DNA of 64,000 nt from Macrostomum lignano (lineage: Eukaryota). The position numbers and the translations under genes are program-made. Each line of letters opens with the position of its first letter. Within the stretch, counting starts at the first letter, position 1. Below are positions 1 to 11,115 of the stretch, one piece after another. A model generated the notes under the pieces. That model had not been told where the DNA came from, did no database searches, and was given only the letters and a program-made list of their open reading frames with translations. The stretch lies in contig NIVC01002660.1 of the NCBI GenBank assembly GCA_002269645.1, positions 87,744-151,743 on the forward strand, read 5' to 3'.

Positions 1-351
1 ATTGACATGCATAACTCCTAAGAAAATATTGTATGTGCATACCTGGCATGAACTCTTTATGACCTCTTTTAAATGATTTTCTTAAATCAATTTAAGTAAA
101 TTGTTATTTCTTAATTAATTTAAGTAAATGACCTCTTTTGAATTGTGTAATAGACCTTTTTTGGGAAATAATTTGGTTTATTTTTATGCACTCTCAGCAA
201 TACTTCTTGTAACTTTGTAAAAGTAACTTATACTTATAGGAAATAATTATAGGTTTATATTTTTATTTCTAGGTACAATATAGGTACAATATTACTAAAA
301 TAAAAAGCTAACTAAATAATTTTAATCAACCTTTCTCATTTTTTTTCTCAG

Positions 352-1345
352 ATTGTTGCACTCGTAGCATTTTTGGACTGTGCAAGTAAGGAGCAACTGG
401 TGTGCGAACACTGGCTAAGGGACTTAAGAAGGAAGTTGAGAGTCGATTTCCGGATGTCCTTCAGCTGGACGATGATCTGCTCCTTGCTGCAACAGTGCTA
501 GACCCACACTACAAAATATCAGGCATTCGCGATCCTGTCTCTGCAGCTAAAGCTACTGCCGCAATGAATGCTAAGCTCCAGCAGATTTTTCTCTGCAACC
601 ACATGAGCTTCCAGGGTGACTATGCCTCTGCCTCTGATACCGTCATTATTGATGACAATTCATCTAGATCTAGCTGTGGTACAACAGTTGCTACTCAAGA
701 CAATGAGCTATTTTAGCCATCCAACCAACCAAGGCTCCGACCATTGATGCTGGAAGATTTCGACCCAATAAAATAGTCCTCTGAGCAGCCTAGGGAGAAC
801 AGCAAGGAGCAGCAACCGGTAGAAGTAGAGTTTGCCGAACAATTTAAGTGCTACCTTGGTGAGCCAGGTAAGTTTTTACTTTCACTTGTTCTTGGTTATT
901 TTTGCATTCGTTTTTTTAATTTTATGTACATAGGGCCTCCAATACACTTAAGTTAAACCCTGTTGCAAATCCTTTCTGTACAATGGAATCTAAAGAACTC
1001 AAATTGAAAGTAATAGAGAAACTGAAATCAATTTCACATTTTACTTAAGTTCTTATACTTATATACATATTTCTAATACAGTGTTTCCAATACTAGCTAG
1101 AGGTGTCAAACAACAAGCAGCAGCAACACTCCGATTTTGGGCGACATCCAGCTTTGGCCATGTGCAATTTCCGGTCTTGGGCATCCTTGCCCGCTGCCTA
1201 TTGGCCGTGCCACCTACCAGTGCAGATGCTGAATGCCTTTTCAGTACAGCAGGCAGTACGGTTACAAAGAAGCATAACTGACTGAGTCCAGAGGGAGCCA
1301 AGATGCTTTTTTTTATTGAGAACAATTTAAATTTAAAATAACGAT
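352..1345 (+). mobile_element. Degenerate, intron-containing hAT-family transposase (C-terminal half including the dimerisation domain)
   Basis: ATVLDPHYK motif in ORF 402-716. Then YLGEP, donor GTAAG at 868 and acceptor at 1080-1081, followed by LRFW..FPVLGILARCLLAVPPTSADAECLFSTAG..KKHN*LSP..MLFFIENN, which matches the hAT dimerisation consensus. In-frame stops at 714-716 and 1279-1281. Confidence 0.85.
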
Positions 1346-2179
1346 GATTAACTCAACTGTATTTCTCCACAATAAGCATGCTGCAGTAGGTGATTATTAG
1401 GTGCTAGTACCTTATAGCTATAGCCTGGTGCTATCTTTACCTTTAGTAATGTTTTTAATTTTTTTATTTTTACTATCTCATTGTTCTGGTTTCATAGTTT
1501 TGCCATATAGCCCATTAGGCATTATCTTTTTGCCACTACATGTATCTTGTTCTGCTGCCACTATTTTGTTGAAAGCAAGTTTTTTTACTTTTTATTTTTA
1601 CCATCTTTTTGCTGTATGATTATGATTGAAAATTGATTGAAACCAAAGAAGACAATAGACAATGCAATAAAATGAAAAAGAAAAAAATGTAACATGCAAT
1701 TTCTTAGTCATTGGAAATTTTGAAGCAGCTTTATTTGAACAAATTCATATATTTATCTAATGATATTAAACATACACATTGACCTTGGCACGTCAGTCAT
1801 AGATTCATATTGTAGCGAAACAAAACAGAATCACAAGACAGAAAACTGAAAAAGGCACCAAGCACACAATTGCATACAACAATGCTATAGAATACTTAAA
1901 GATATTATATTTACGAAAAAAATAAATGAATATTAATGCATGAACAAACAACAAGTAGGTTTTATTGCTATCCTTTTATCCTTTTTATCTGTCCTTTTTT
2001 GTCTGCCCCACTTTTCATGCAAAAATATCAATTTTTGTTATACATTATGGCTATAGTTATGGCAAATTATGGTTACGGACTTTTTTAGCCTGTAATGACG
2101 GCAAAATTTGGCTACAGAAGTTGCTTCTTTCTTACGGCTACAGTTACGGTTACGGAGGTCAAAACTCGCGGCGGCGGAA

Positions 2180-3515
2180 CACTAAAATTTGAGTTTGAGA
2201 TCCAGCATCAAAAATCAAGTCAGCATCAGAATGCCGACGGTCTCTCGAGACAGCCCAAGGACGACGCCAAATGTTTAGAGGAGGCTCAACATGAGGCAGC
2301 TGATGAGGACTAAAGTAAGCAGCCAGCCGCAATAACTGGCACAGCAGCGCCGAAGGTCCATGACAGTGGCCACCCTAGCCTTCCACCAAGCAAGAAGCAA
2401 CCAACCTGCTGGAATTGACGGAAACTGCCAATGAAGCCAAAGGAGTCCAACGGTGAGGCTATGCCACCAGCAACATCGACAGCTGACAGCAAGCCGCTGA
2501 TAGCGCTGCACCCGCCAGCGACGAAGCCGAGGCCATCAGCCAGCCATTTTCAAGACTCACAGAGGTCGCCTACTAGCTTTAGCAGCACAACATGTTGCCC
2601 TTCAAGGAGCCACCATCTACTAGCTAAAGGCAACAAGGATAGCAACCATAGCGCAGCCAATAACGACCACTGCCAACCCGCTTGCCATTCTAAGTTCAAG
2701 AAAGTGAGTTTCAGCCTTGATGCTAACAGTTCTGCTAACTCACTCTCATCTGCTGACGAGTCCAATTCCAACAAAAGGGATGCCGAAATGACCAACAAGG
2801 ATCGGCCTTCAAATTTTTCAATGACCCGGCAACCGGCCAGAGTAGTGATTGTGCGGAGGGAGCTCCAGACCCTGAACCATGTAGCCACAGCCGAAGCCGG
2901 GTCAACTAGTTTGACTAACAGATGCCAAACCTTGAACTTAACTGATCACATCCCGAGACCAGTCACTCGAGAGGAGCTCCAGACTCATCAATGTGCTGAC
3001 TCTGCCATGGGGATGATGATCAACCTTATCGAAAGTCGACTACCGAAGCCACCATTAAATCAGCATTTAAATCTAACAAGAGAAGAGCGAAATCTCTTTG
3101 TAGCATTCTATGAGCAATTGGAAGTCTGAGGCGACGGACTATTAGTCATCCATCTCGATGATATTGGCGAGGAGGACAAAGCGAGGATTGTATTGTCAAA
3201 GAGTCTCGATGCCACGGTGTTTGCCAACCTGCATGGTTTGCCTTACTGCAGACACATGGGCCGAGATCTTACTATCGCAGAGGTGCGCGAGAGGTTCTGG
3301 CAACCTGCCCTGCCTTGCCCTGTCTGACTATGTCGCTTCCTGCTAGACCTGCACTCAAAGCAAAGGATGGCGATGTATCCCAGTGCATGTACAGTCATTT
3401 CCGGTCTGCAAAGTCTATGGGCGATGCGCGATCGACATCATGGGCCCCACTGGAGACCCAACAGACTGAGGCAATAAGTACATCATAACCTACATCAATA
3501 CTATGTTGAAATATC
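2180..3515 (+). mobile_element. Gypsy/Ty3 LTR-retrotransposon pol remnant (RNase H end, integrase zinc finger, start of the integrase core)
   Basis: FEFEIQHQKSSQHQNADGLSRQP is the RNase H C-terminus. LHGLPYCRHMGRDLTIAEVRERFWQP..DYVASC*TC is an HHCC zinc finger. CAIDIMGP..*GNKYIITYI starts the rve core. Several stops and frameshifts. Confidence 0.85.
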
Positions 3516-3519
3516 CATT

Positions 3520-3945
3520 TCTCTTTTCCTTATGCTTTCCGGATAAAAAAACAGGCATCAAATTTTAATTTCAATGTACTTTTCCTTATGCTTCAGGGAT
3601 AAAAGCAATTTCTTTTTTCCTTATGCTTTCTGAATAAAAGCATGTGTTAAATTTTACTTTCAATGTACTTTTCCTTCTGCTTCAGGGATAAAAGCAATTT
3701 CTCTTTTCCTTATGCTTTCCGGCTAAAAGCAGCGTTTTGAATCTTTTAGTTCTCATGTATAGTGAAATTCTCATCTAACCAATGCGATCGATATTTATTC
3801 AACGCGTCAATCTTTAATCAATGCGATACAGTATTTTGTGTTTTATCTGCTTCTGCGAATCCCTGTTCATTGTAAACTTCTTCGCACACAACCAAAGTGC
3901 AGAGGTATCCCCCTTTTTTCCTTATGCTTTCAGGAGAAAAGCAGT
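3520..3945. repeat. Cluster of short imperfect repeats TTTTCCTTATGCTTTC(C/A)GG(A/C)TAAAAG
   Basis: About six copies, near 3524, 3580, 3615, 3668, 3703 and 3915. Confidence 0.6.
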
Positions 3946-6900
3946 TAATTATTGTAAACCTTCCAGTTCAATTAAAACCGAAGGTCCTTTTTTTCTCTCT
4001 GCTATTTGGTGAGCCTGCTGTCTAAGGGCCAATTTTGTCTGTGCCCCATTCAGGTCAAGCGCCTCGGATCTAGGCCTTGTTCTCAGCGGAGGGCATTTGA
4101 GGTGATTTGACCCCTGTTCTTTGTTTGATTTTGCTTGAGCCTGGGAACACTGTAAGGGCCTCCAATTTTGGCTTCCCTCTCCCAGTGCCAGAGGTAGCCC
4201 CTGTTTCATTATAACTCCCTATGGAGTCTCTGCATGCCATATCGGTAGCTAACCTACTTTATTCTAACATTATCAATAGTAAGGAGCCCGCCTTTGCTCC
4301 CTTACTACTTTATTTTATTTTAGCTGTTGTTTATGCATTAACCAGTCTTTTTTAATTGCTCTCCTCCATTTGATGTAAGCTGTTTAAGGCTTTTAAGGCC
4401 CTAATTCATTCTAAGTTAGACCCCCTGCTGCGGTTAGCTATCTGTTTTATTACTCTGCGATTTGTCACCTACCCCACCTCCATGTGTGCCCACCATAGAG
4501 TGCATTCTGGGCAGTGACTGGTGCCCTGTTCCAATGCGTGAATTCCCCTCATTCATTGCTTGGGCAGCCACTTGCATATATAAGGCAGCTAAGTGCCCCT
4601 CACTGTTGTTAATTTTATAAATTTTCTCTATGCGCTTAGCCAAAATCCAATCTGCCTCCTATAATATTCCATTGTCCTAATCATCTTCCTGTATATGTTT
4701 TTCATTGTTGCCCTAATTGCTTTATCGTTTGTTCAATCTGCAACATGATGTCCAGCAACCTGGCATCTGAAGGTGCTACTGGCCGGACCTCGGACCTCGA
4801 GGCCGCATTTGCCCAAGCCTCCTGGTTCCAGCCCAAGGAAGTGCTCACTCTGCGCGCCCTGACCTCTACCTCTGAGGGCAAGGCACCAGCCCAAATCCAA
4901 TTGCAACAGGCACTTGATGCAGCCGTGCTCCAGGCAGTGAGCAAAGGCCGCATAAGAATCGATGCCCAATGGCAGACTATGTGCGGCTTAATGCAGCCAT
5001 CTGCAGCCAAGGAGATTTTGGACAGCTACATAGCCAGTGTGGAGGAAAGCCTCTACCAAGGGCAGAGCCCCCAACTAGCCCTAGCTTTACTATTGACCCG
5101 TGCCTACATGGAGGCCGGCCTCCTCAAGAATGGCTAGGATCTCCATCTAAAAGCATACTGGGATGCCACCATGGAGATATATCCCAAAAGACTATAGCTC
5201 ATTGACAGCCAGCTGTGCATTTATGGCTGGCCCCTAGCTCCGTTGTGATTAGTCTGTGTGATTTCTGGCTTGATTTGTGCGAATGCAATGCTAACCAGTT
5301 TCGAAGGAAAAACCCCAACTTTTCAACAATATTTACTGTTTAAAAAAGAAATCTTATCTTTCCATCTTAGATGCCTACTTTTGGCATGCAAAGCCAATGC
5401 ATGCCTGATTTTTTGGACATATACAATATGATCTATTGATCCAGAGTATGGCTTATATAATATAACCTTTAGGCCTAATATTAATAGAAAAAAGGTATTT
5501 GATTAAAATAATTAAACATTGCACAAATAAACATTTCTTGGAAATAAGCATATTTAAAAAGCACAGGATGGCCTATAAATAAAAACTCAATTAAAATAGA
5601 AAATCTAGGCCTAAGCCTAACTTATATGCATTGACTAGCCTAATACTGTTATACTAAAATAGCCTAGGCTCTATTTAAAAAAATGATAATACACAATTGT
5701 TCTTCCTTTATTGTTGCCAAATTTGTTTATTACCAAATGGGTCAGCACCCAGTCACATTTTATTTATTTAGATTTTAAATTAATTTTGAGACTTATTTAT
5801 GACATAAAGAATGAAACAAATTTATTTATTACATATCTATCATATCATGTATTAAAGAAATAGCTTATGTGCCTATGCTATAAATTTTATAATATAACAA
5901 AAAACCTAACCTTAAATTTTAATGATACTAGTTAAAGTTATCATTTACTTTCAATTAGCAATGAATGCTAATAATAGAAATAGATACTTATAATTCATGT
6001 TGCATGCCTAGTAAAAGCTTTAACTTTAACAACTATAATTAATACTAATAGTATAAAGTTATTAATATTAGGCCCCTAGTGTTAATGCTTCCAGATAATG
6101 CTTCTAGGCAAACAATTAGTACAAAACTCTACTATTTGCATTGTAAAAGTATAGCAAATTTAGAGCACAATGGGCCATACGTTTAAAATTGGACCTAAAG
6201 AATTCAGTCATTTAGTGAAGCATCAAAATATTATTATTAAATAGGCCCTAGTAGAGCATGAAACGGTTGTAAAATGTTAAAACCAGCTCAATATGATATA
6301 TTTGTGATAGCGGTACAAACAGGTACAGCCCGCCAGCTTTGACATTGGTTTAACATGGTAATCTGTACCAAGCTACTACCACACAAGTCACGACCGAGGT
6401 CGCTTCGCCGGGCCGATTAGGGTGTTTTTTCTTTTTTGAAATCGCGCGCAAAAACGTATTTTTATCATTATTGGCTCACATTTTACGCCGACGTAGCATA
6501 TATCTTTGAGTCTCAAAGATATCAATAAGAGAACATAAACTGTAGTTTCGAGAAAAACTCTATGATTATGTAATTCGTTTTAACCGCAAATGCCGTGTAT
6601 TTTAGATTTCATTGTCAACAACTCGGTGGTAAAGTAATTAACAAGGCAGCCAGTAGTTTAAATCAACATTTTCAAATTAAACTGCAGTTATTCGAAAGAG
6701 GTATAGCTTTATTTAATGTAAACAATCTACAGTATGATTAATTAAAGAACGTGTTGCACATGTAAGCCTACATAACAGCGCATGAAATACAATACGCGAA
6801 ACGTGTATGCGTAAACATGTTTTACAAAAGTACCTGCTCTAACACAAAACGTACTCTGAATAATCCGTATTAAATAACCTTGTAAGCTAAAAATGTTCAT

Positions 6901-7032
6901 ACCTATGTACATGTACACGACACATACAGTACACACATGCACACGATACTCTACTTCAACACTCAACACTTGAATTTGAATTTGAAGCTTTCAGTTTCAA
7001 GCTACTGCACAAAATACTCGTATATTCAAATT

Positions 7033-8071
7033 TCAATTTCCTGACTCTCGAACTTTCCCGTTGGCGGCGGCGAATACGGCGGCCCTAGTTAGGGCAGACA
7101 CCACTCGGCTGTTGAGCAACAGTTGACCAGTAGAAAAAGGCAATGATGGTGGCCCAGTTTTCGTGGAATAACTTGAAGAAGGTGAAGATGAAGATTGCTC
7201 AGCTGATGAGAAGTCTTGACAGTGGCTGCTTCCATCGACAATTGTGAAACCGGGAATAATGAAGCCCTGTATCGTGGAAGAAGTAAAGTAATGAATTATT
7301 GGTTTCGTCGCATTTTCGCGGCTTCGCATGCGTGCACTTTCATGCTAAGTTTCAAGGTGGGGTCAAGGTAGGCACAAGTTATAAGATTTGCACCCAATCT
7401 ATCAATCGATGAAATTAAGTAATTATCTATGGACCAGGTCTTTGCCGATTGCTGGCTAGAGATAGGTAATTTCTTGTCTACTAACTCACCCCATCCTCCG
7501 GATCGACAATAAAGTCGCATTCTTCGTCCCTTGTGGTCGATTCGTTCTCACCGCTGTTAACCTGGGCTACGACGAATCCGAGCTCCTCGTGCGGTTGCGT
7601 TCGCTGGCCAGCCAGCTCGAGCTTGATTCGCTTTGTTGCTGATGGAGGAGAGTCCTCGTCAGCATCATCGAGACTCGGCGACTCTTGCGGCAATTCACCG
7701 CCGCCCAGCTCACCGCTGAGAATCTCAGACTCGATAGCGACAGTGGCAACATCGTCAACACGATCCTGATTTAGCTCAGCCTCCGCTTCTGCCGGCATCA
7801 CTGACGACTCAGTAGAAGCCTCAGTCGTCGAAGACCACCGACCGTCTTCAGCTGGCCTGCTACTGGCGTCCGGCATCATCATAATACCAACTATTCTACT
7901 CTGCAGTTGCATAGCTAGCAGCAGGGCGGACATCAAGTCAGACTGGTCTAGATTAGGCAGCATGGCCGAGGCGCAGGCCAGGGTGTCTTGGAACTGCGCC
8001 AGCTCTATGAAGACTTGTTTGTCTTCTGTTGTTGTTGATCTATCGGCCATAGTTAATGTGAGATTTGCCAA
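7033..8071 (-). CDS. Two-exon acidic protein of unknown function (~270 aa); its N-terminal motif is shared with the upstream HMG-box gene
   Basis: Exon 1 is 8071 (first ATG 8050) to 7490 with a phase-0 donor GTGAGT. Exon 2 is 7266-7033 after the acceptor ACGATACAG, phase 0, giving the join ..DPEDG|GFIIPG. Contains KRIKLE, an NLS/SUMO-like motif. Confidence 0.7.
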
Positions 8072-8944
8072 ATCAAGTAAAAGTAGCTAAAATACTAAAC
8101 AACTGAGATAGAGGCAAAATTTTCTATCGCCTCTATGGACTTCAACAGACTAGCTATCTAGCCTAGGAGACGGGGAGCTCGGCCATAGACTAATCACAAC
8201 CCAACAGCTACAATGCATCGAGCAGCCATGGAAAAAAGCAATCGTGGGGAGGGGGGTGGCCCAACCATTGCTTTCCATAGTCTATGGTCAAAAGGCTCGA
8301 AATTAAACGGAGAAAAACGCAAAAGTAAAGAAAAACAGAATATTTTCTCAGACTACAACTATAAAACTGAATTCTGATTGTGTCAGTCACCTCAGCAAAA
8401 ATTGGTAGAGATTAACGTGTTTATTTAATTACTATATAAGAAGCAAAATTATATGTTTGGTAATACTCGGATATTTTACACAAGTTGTTGCGATAAAGTA
8501 CTTTACTATTAACAGATTGGTAAGTCCAAGCATTAGCGCATGTATGATGCGTTTATAGAAGAACGACATCGATGTGACAGTATTGTGACTCGATCAGAGT
8601 GAACGCTATTTACAAAATTTTCTGTTAATTTAACAAAAAACAACATAAAGAAGAGAAATTTATTATATATCGAATTGATACACAATTATTTGATACTATT
8701 CAACCTAGACTAACCAAATTAATAAACTGTTGCTAGCTGTTATTATGCCAAAAAGCTGGACTTCTTGCGCTTTGCTTTGAGAAATCGGGGGCTAATCAGG
8801 TCAGTTAAACAGTGCAGTTGAGAAAATGCCGCAACATGTTACTAGCTTGGGAAGAACGTTCAGAAAAAGCTACGAGTATTTTACAAGCTAGAAAGATTGA
8901 ATAATTCTGCCCAATTTGTGAATCTGAGTGTGGCAATGTCCGCC

Positions 8945-10262
8945 TGAGGGACTGGAAGTGTGATCTGAGGATCTGAGAGTGTGAGCTGAGGATCTGAGAA
9001 TGTGAGCTGAGGATCTGGGAGTGAGCTGAGGATCAGAGAGTGTGAGCTGAGGATCTGAGAGTGTGAGCTGAGGATCTGAGAATGTGAGCTGAGGATCTGG
9101 GAGTGTGAGCTGAGGATCAGAGAGTGTGAGCTGAGGATCTGAGAATGTGAGCTGAGGATCTGGGAGTGTGAGCTGAGGATCTGGGAGTGTAGTCTGAGGA
9201 TCTGAGAGTGTGAGCTGAGGATCTGAGAATGTGAGCTGAGGATCAGAGAGTGTGATTTGAGGATCTGACAGTGTGATTTGAGGATCTGGGAGTGTGAGCT
9301 GAGGATCTGAGAGTGTGAGCTGAGGATCTGAGAGTGTGAGCTGAGGATCTGAGAGTGTGAGCTGAGGATCTGAGAGTGTGAGCTGAGGATCTGAGAGTGT
9401 GATTTGAGGATCTGGGAGTGTGAGCTGAGGATCTGAGAGTGTGAGCTGAGGATCTGAGAGTGTGAGCTGAGGATCTGACAGTGTGATCTGAAGATCTGAG
9501 AGTGCGATTTGAGGATCTGAGAGTGTGATTTGAGGATCTGAGAGTGTGATCTAAGGATCAGATAGTGAGCTGAGGATCAGATAGTGAGCTGAGGATCAGA
9601 GAGTGAGCTGAGGATCTGAGAGTGTGATTTGAGGATCTGAGAGTGTGATTTGAGGATTTGGGAGTGTGAGCTGAGGATCTGAGAGTGTGATTTGAGGATC
9701 TGGGAGTGTGAGCTGAGGATCTGAGAGTGTGAGCTGAGGATCTGACAGTGTGATCTGAAGATCTGAGAGTGCGATTTGAGGATCTGAGAGTGTGATTTGA
9801 GGATCTGAGAGTGTGATTTGAGGATCTGAGAGTGTGATTTGAGGATCTGAGAGTGTGAGCTGAGGATCTGAGAATGTGAGCTGAGGATCTGAGAATGTGA
9901 GCTGAGGATCTGAGAGTGTGAGCTGAGGATCTGAGAATGTGAGCTGAGGATCTGGGAGTGTGAGCTGAGGATCTGGGAGTGTAGTCTGAGGATCTGAGAG
10001 TGTGAGCTGAGGATCTGAGAGTGTGAGCTGAGGATCTGAGAGTGTGAGCTGGGGATCTGAGAGTGTGAGCTGGGGATCTGAGTGTGTGAGCTGGGGATCT
10101 GAGTGTGTGAGTTGGGGATCTGAGAGTGTGAGCTGGGGATCTGAGAGTGATTTGAGGATCTGAGAATGTGAGCTGAGGATCTGGGAGTGTGAGCTGAGGA
10201 TCTGGGAGTGTAGTCTGAGGATCTGAGAGTGAGCTGGGGATCTGAGAGCGTGATTTGAGGAT
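8945..10262. repeat. 21-bp minisatellite (GAGGATCTGAGAGTGTGAGCT)n
   Basis: Direct tandem repetition of ~60 copies. It accounts for ORFs 9558-10412 and 9577-10299. Confidence 0.97.
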
Positions 10263-10831
10263 CTGACAACTCAACAAGAGAATTTGAGAGTTTGACCAAG
10301 ATAAGTTAGCTGAGGTATATAGATGCCAGCAACCGAGCATTAAAATTTCTCCCGCAAAACTACAGCCAAAAACTGTTACTGTTGGAAGCATGGCAACTGG
10401 AAGGGATAACACTATAAGGACGCGAGGAGAAGCAATGTTTGCTTTAGAAATATGTGGCCTAAATTGAAAATTAAAAATATATATATCAAAACAACAAAAC
10501 TTCTCAAGCTGTTATTGAACTACAAGGAAGGAATTTATGCAACAAAGCAAACTCTCTGCTGATTTAGTAGGAGAAGCTGTAGTTAATCTCAGGAGCTCGA
10601 ATGCTGCTGCTTTTTTCGTTGCATAAAGATCATTACCTACCGAGGGAAGTTTAAAAAAAAATAAGCGGAAAAGATTCGAATGCAAAAAATGCGCTACTTG
10701 CCTACTGAGTAACAATAGCAGTAGTATATAATGTGACAAGATGTGACGATTGTATCGATATCGACAGAGAAAATAAAAAATAGCAAAAAACTGCTTGCAG
10801 TAGAGGAGGAAGGACAATGCCGTCAAATTTA

Positions 10832-10975
10832 CGAGAGGTGTCCAAAAAGTAGTGGGGAGTTTCAACCTAGATTGAACGTACTAGATTGGATGTAAATTGT
10901 GAATGCCGGCAGCTGAATCTGAATCCAACTGTAAGCTAGGTTGAAATTTCCCACTTACTTTTTGGACACCTTTCA
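10832..10975. mobile_element. Tc1/mariner-type MITE, ~144 bp, with ~40-bp imperfect TIRs and TA flanks
   Basis: Left end is TA|CGAGAGGTGTCCAAAAAGTAGTGGGGAGTTTCAACCTAG. Right end is CTAGGTTGAAATTTCCCACTTACTTTTTGGACACCTTTCA|TA, a near reverse complement. Confidence 0.8.
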
Positions 10976-11115
10976 TATCAGGAGTTGAAAACCGATGCAT
11001 AAGCTAGCCTTGAATGAATGCTTCCGATAAAGTTGAACTGCCCTGTCTCTGCTATACTACTAGCGATCCTAGGGACAGACAGAGCACAGGGACAGTGCGC
11101 ACGGAACTGAACCGG

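Noticed and set aside
9558-10412. Long repetitive ORFs (LRSSAHT/SQILSSH)
   Set aside because: They are products of a stop-free 21-bp minisatellite, with no unique coding context.
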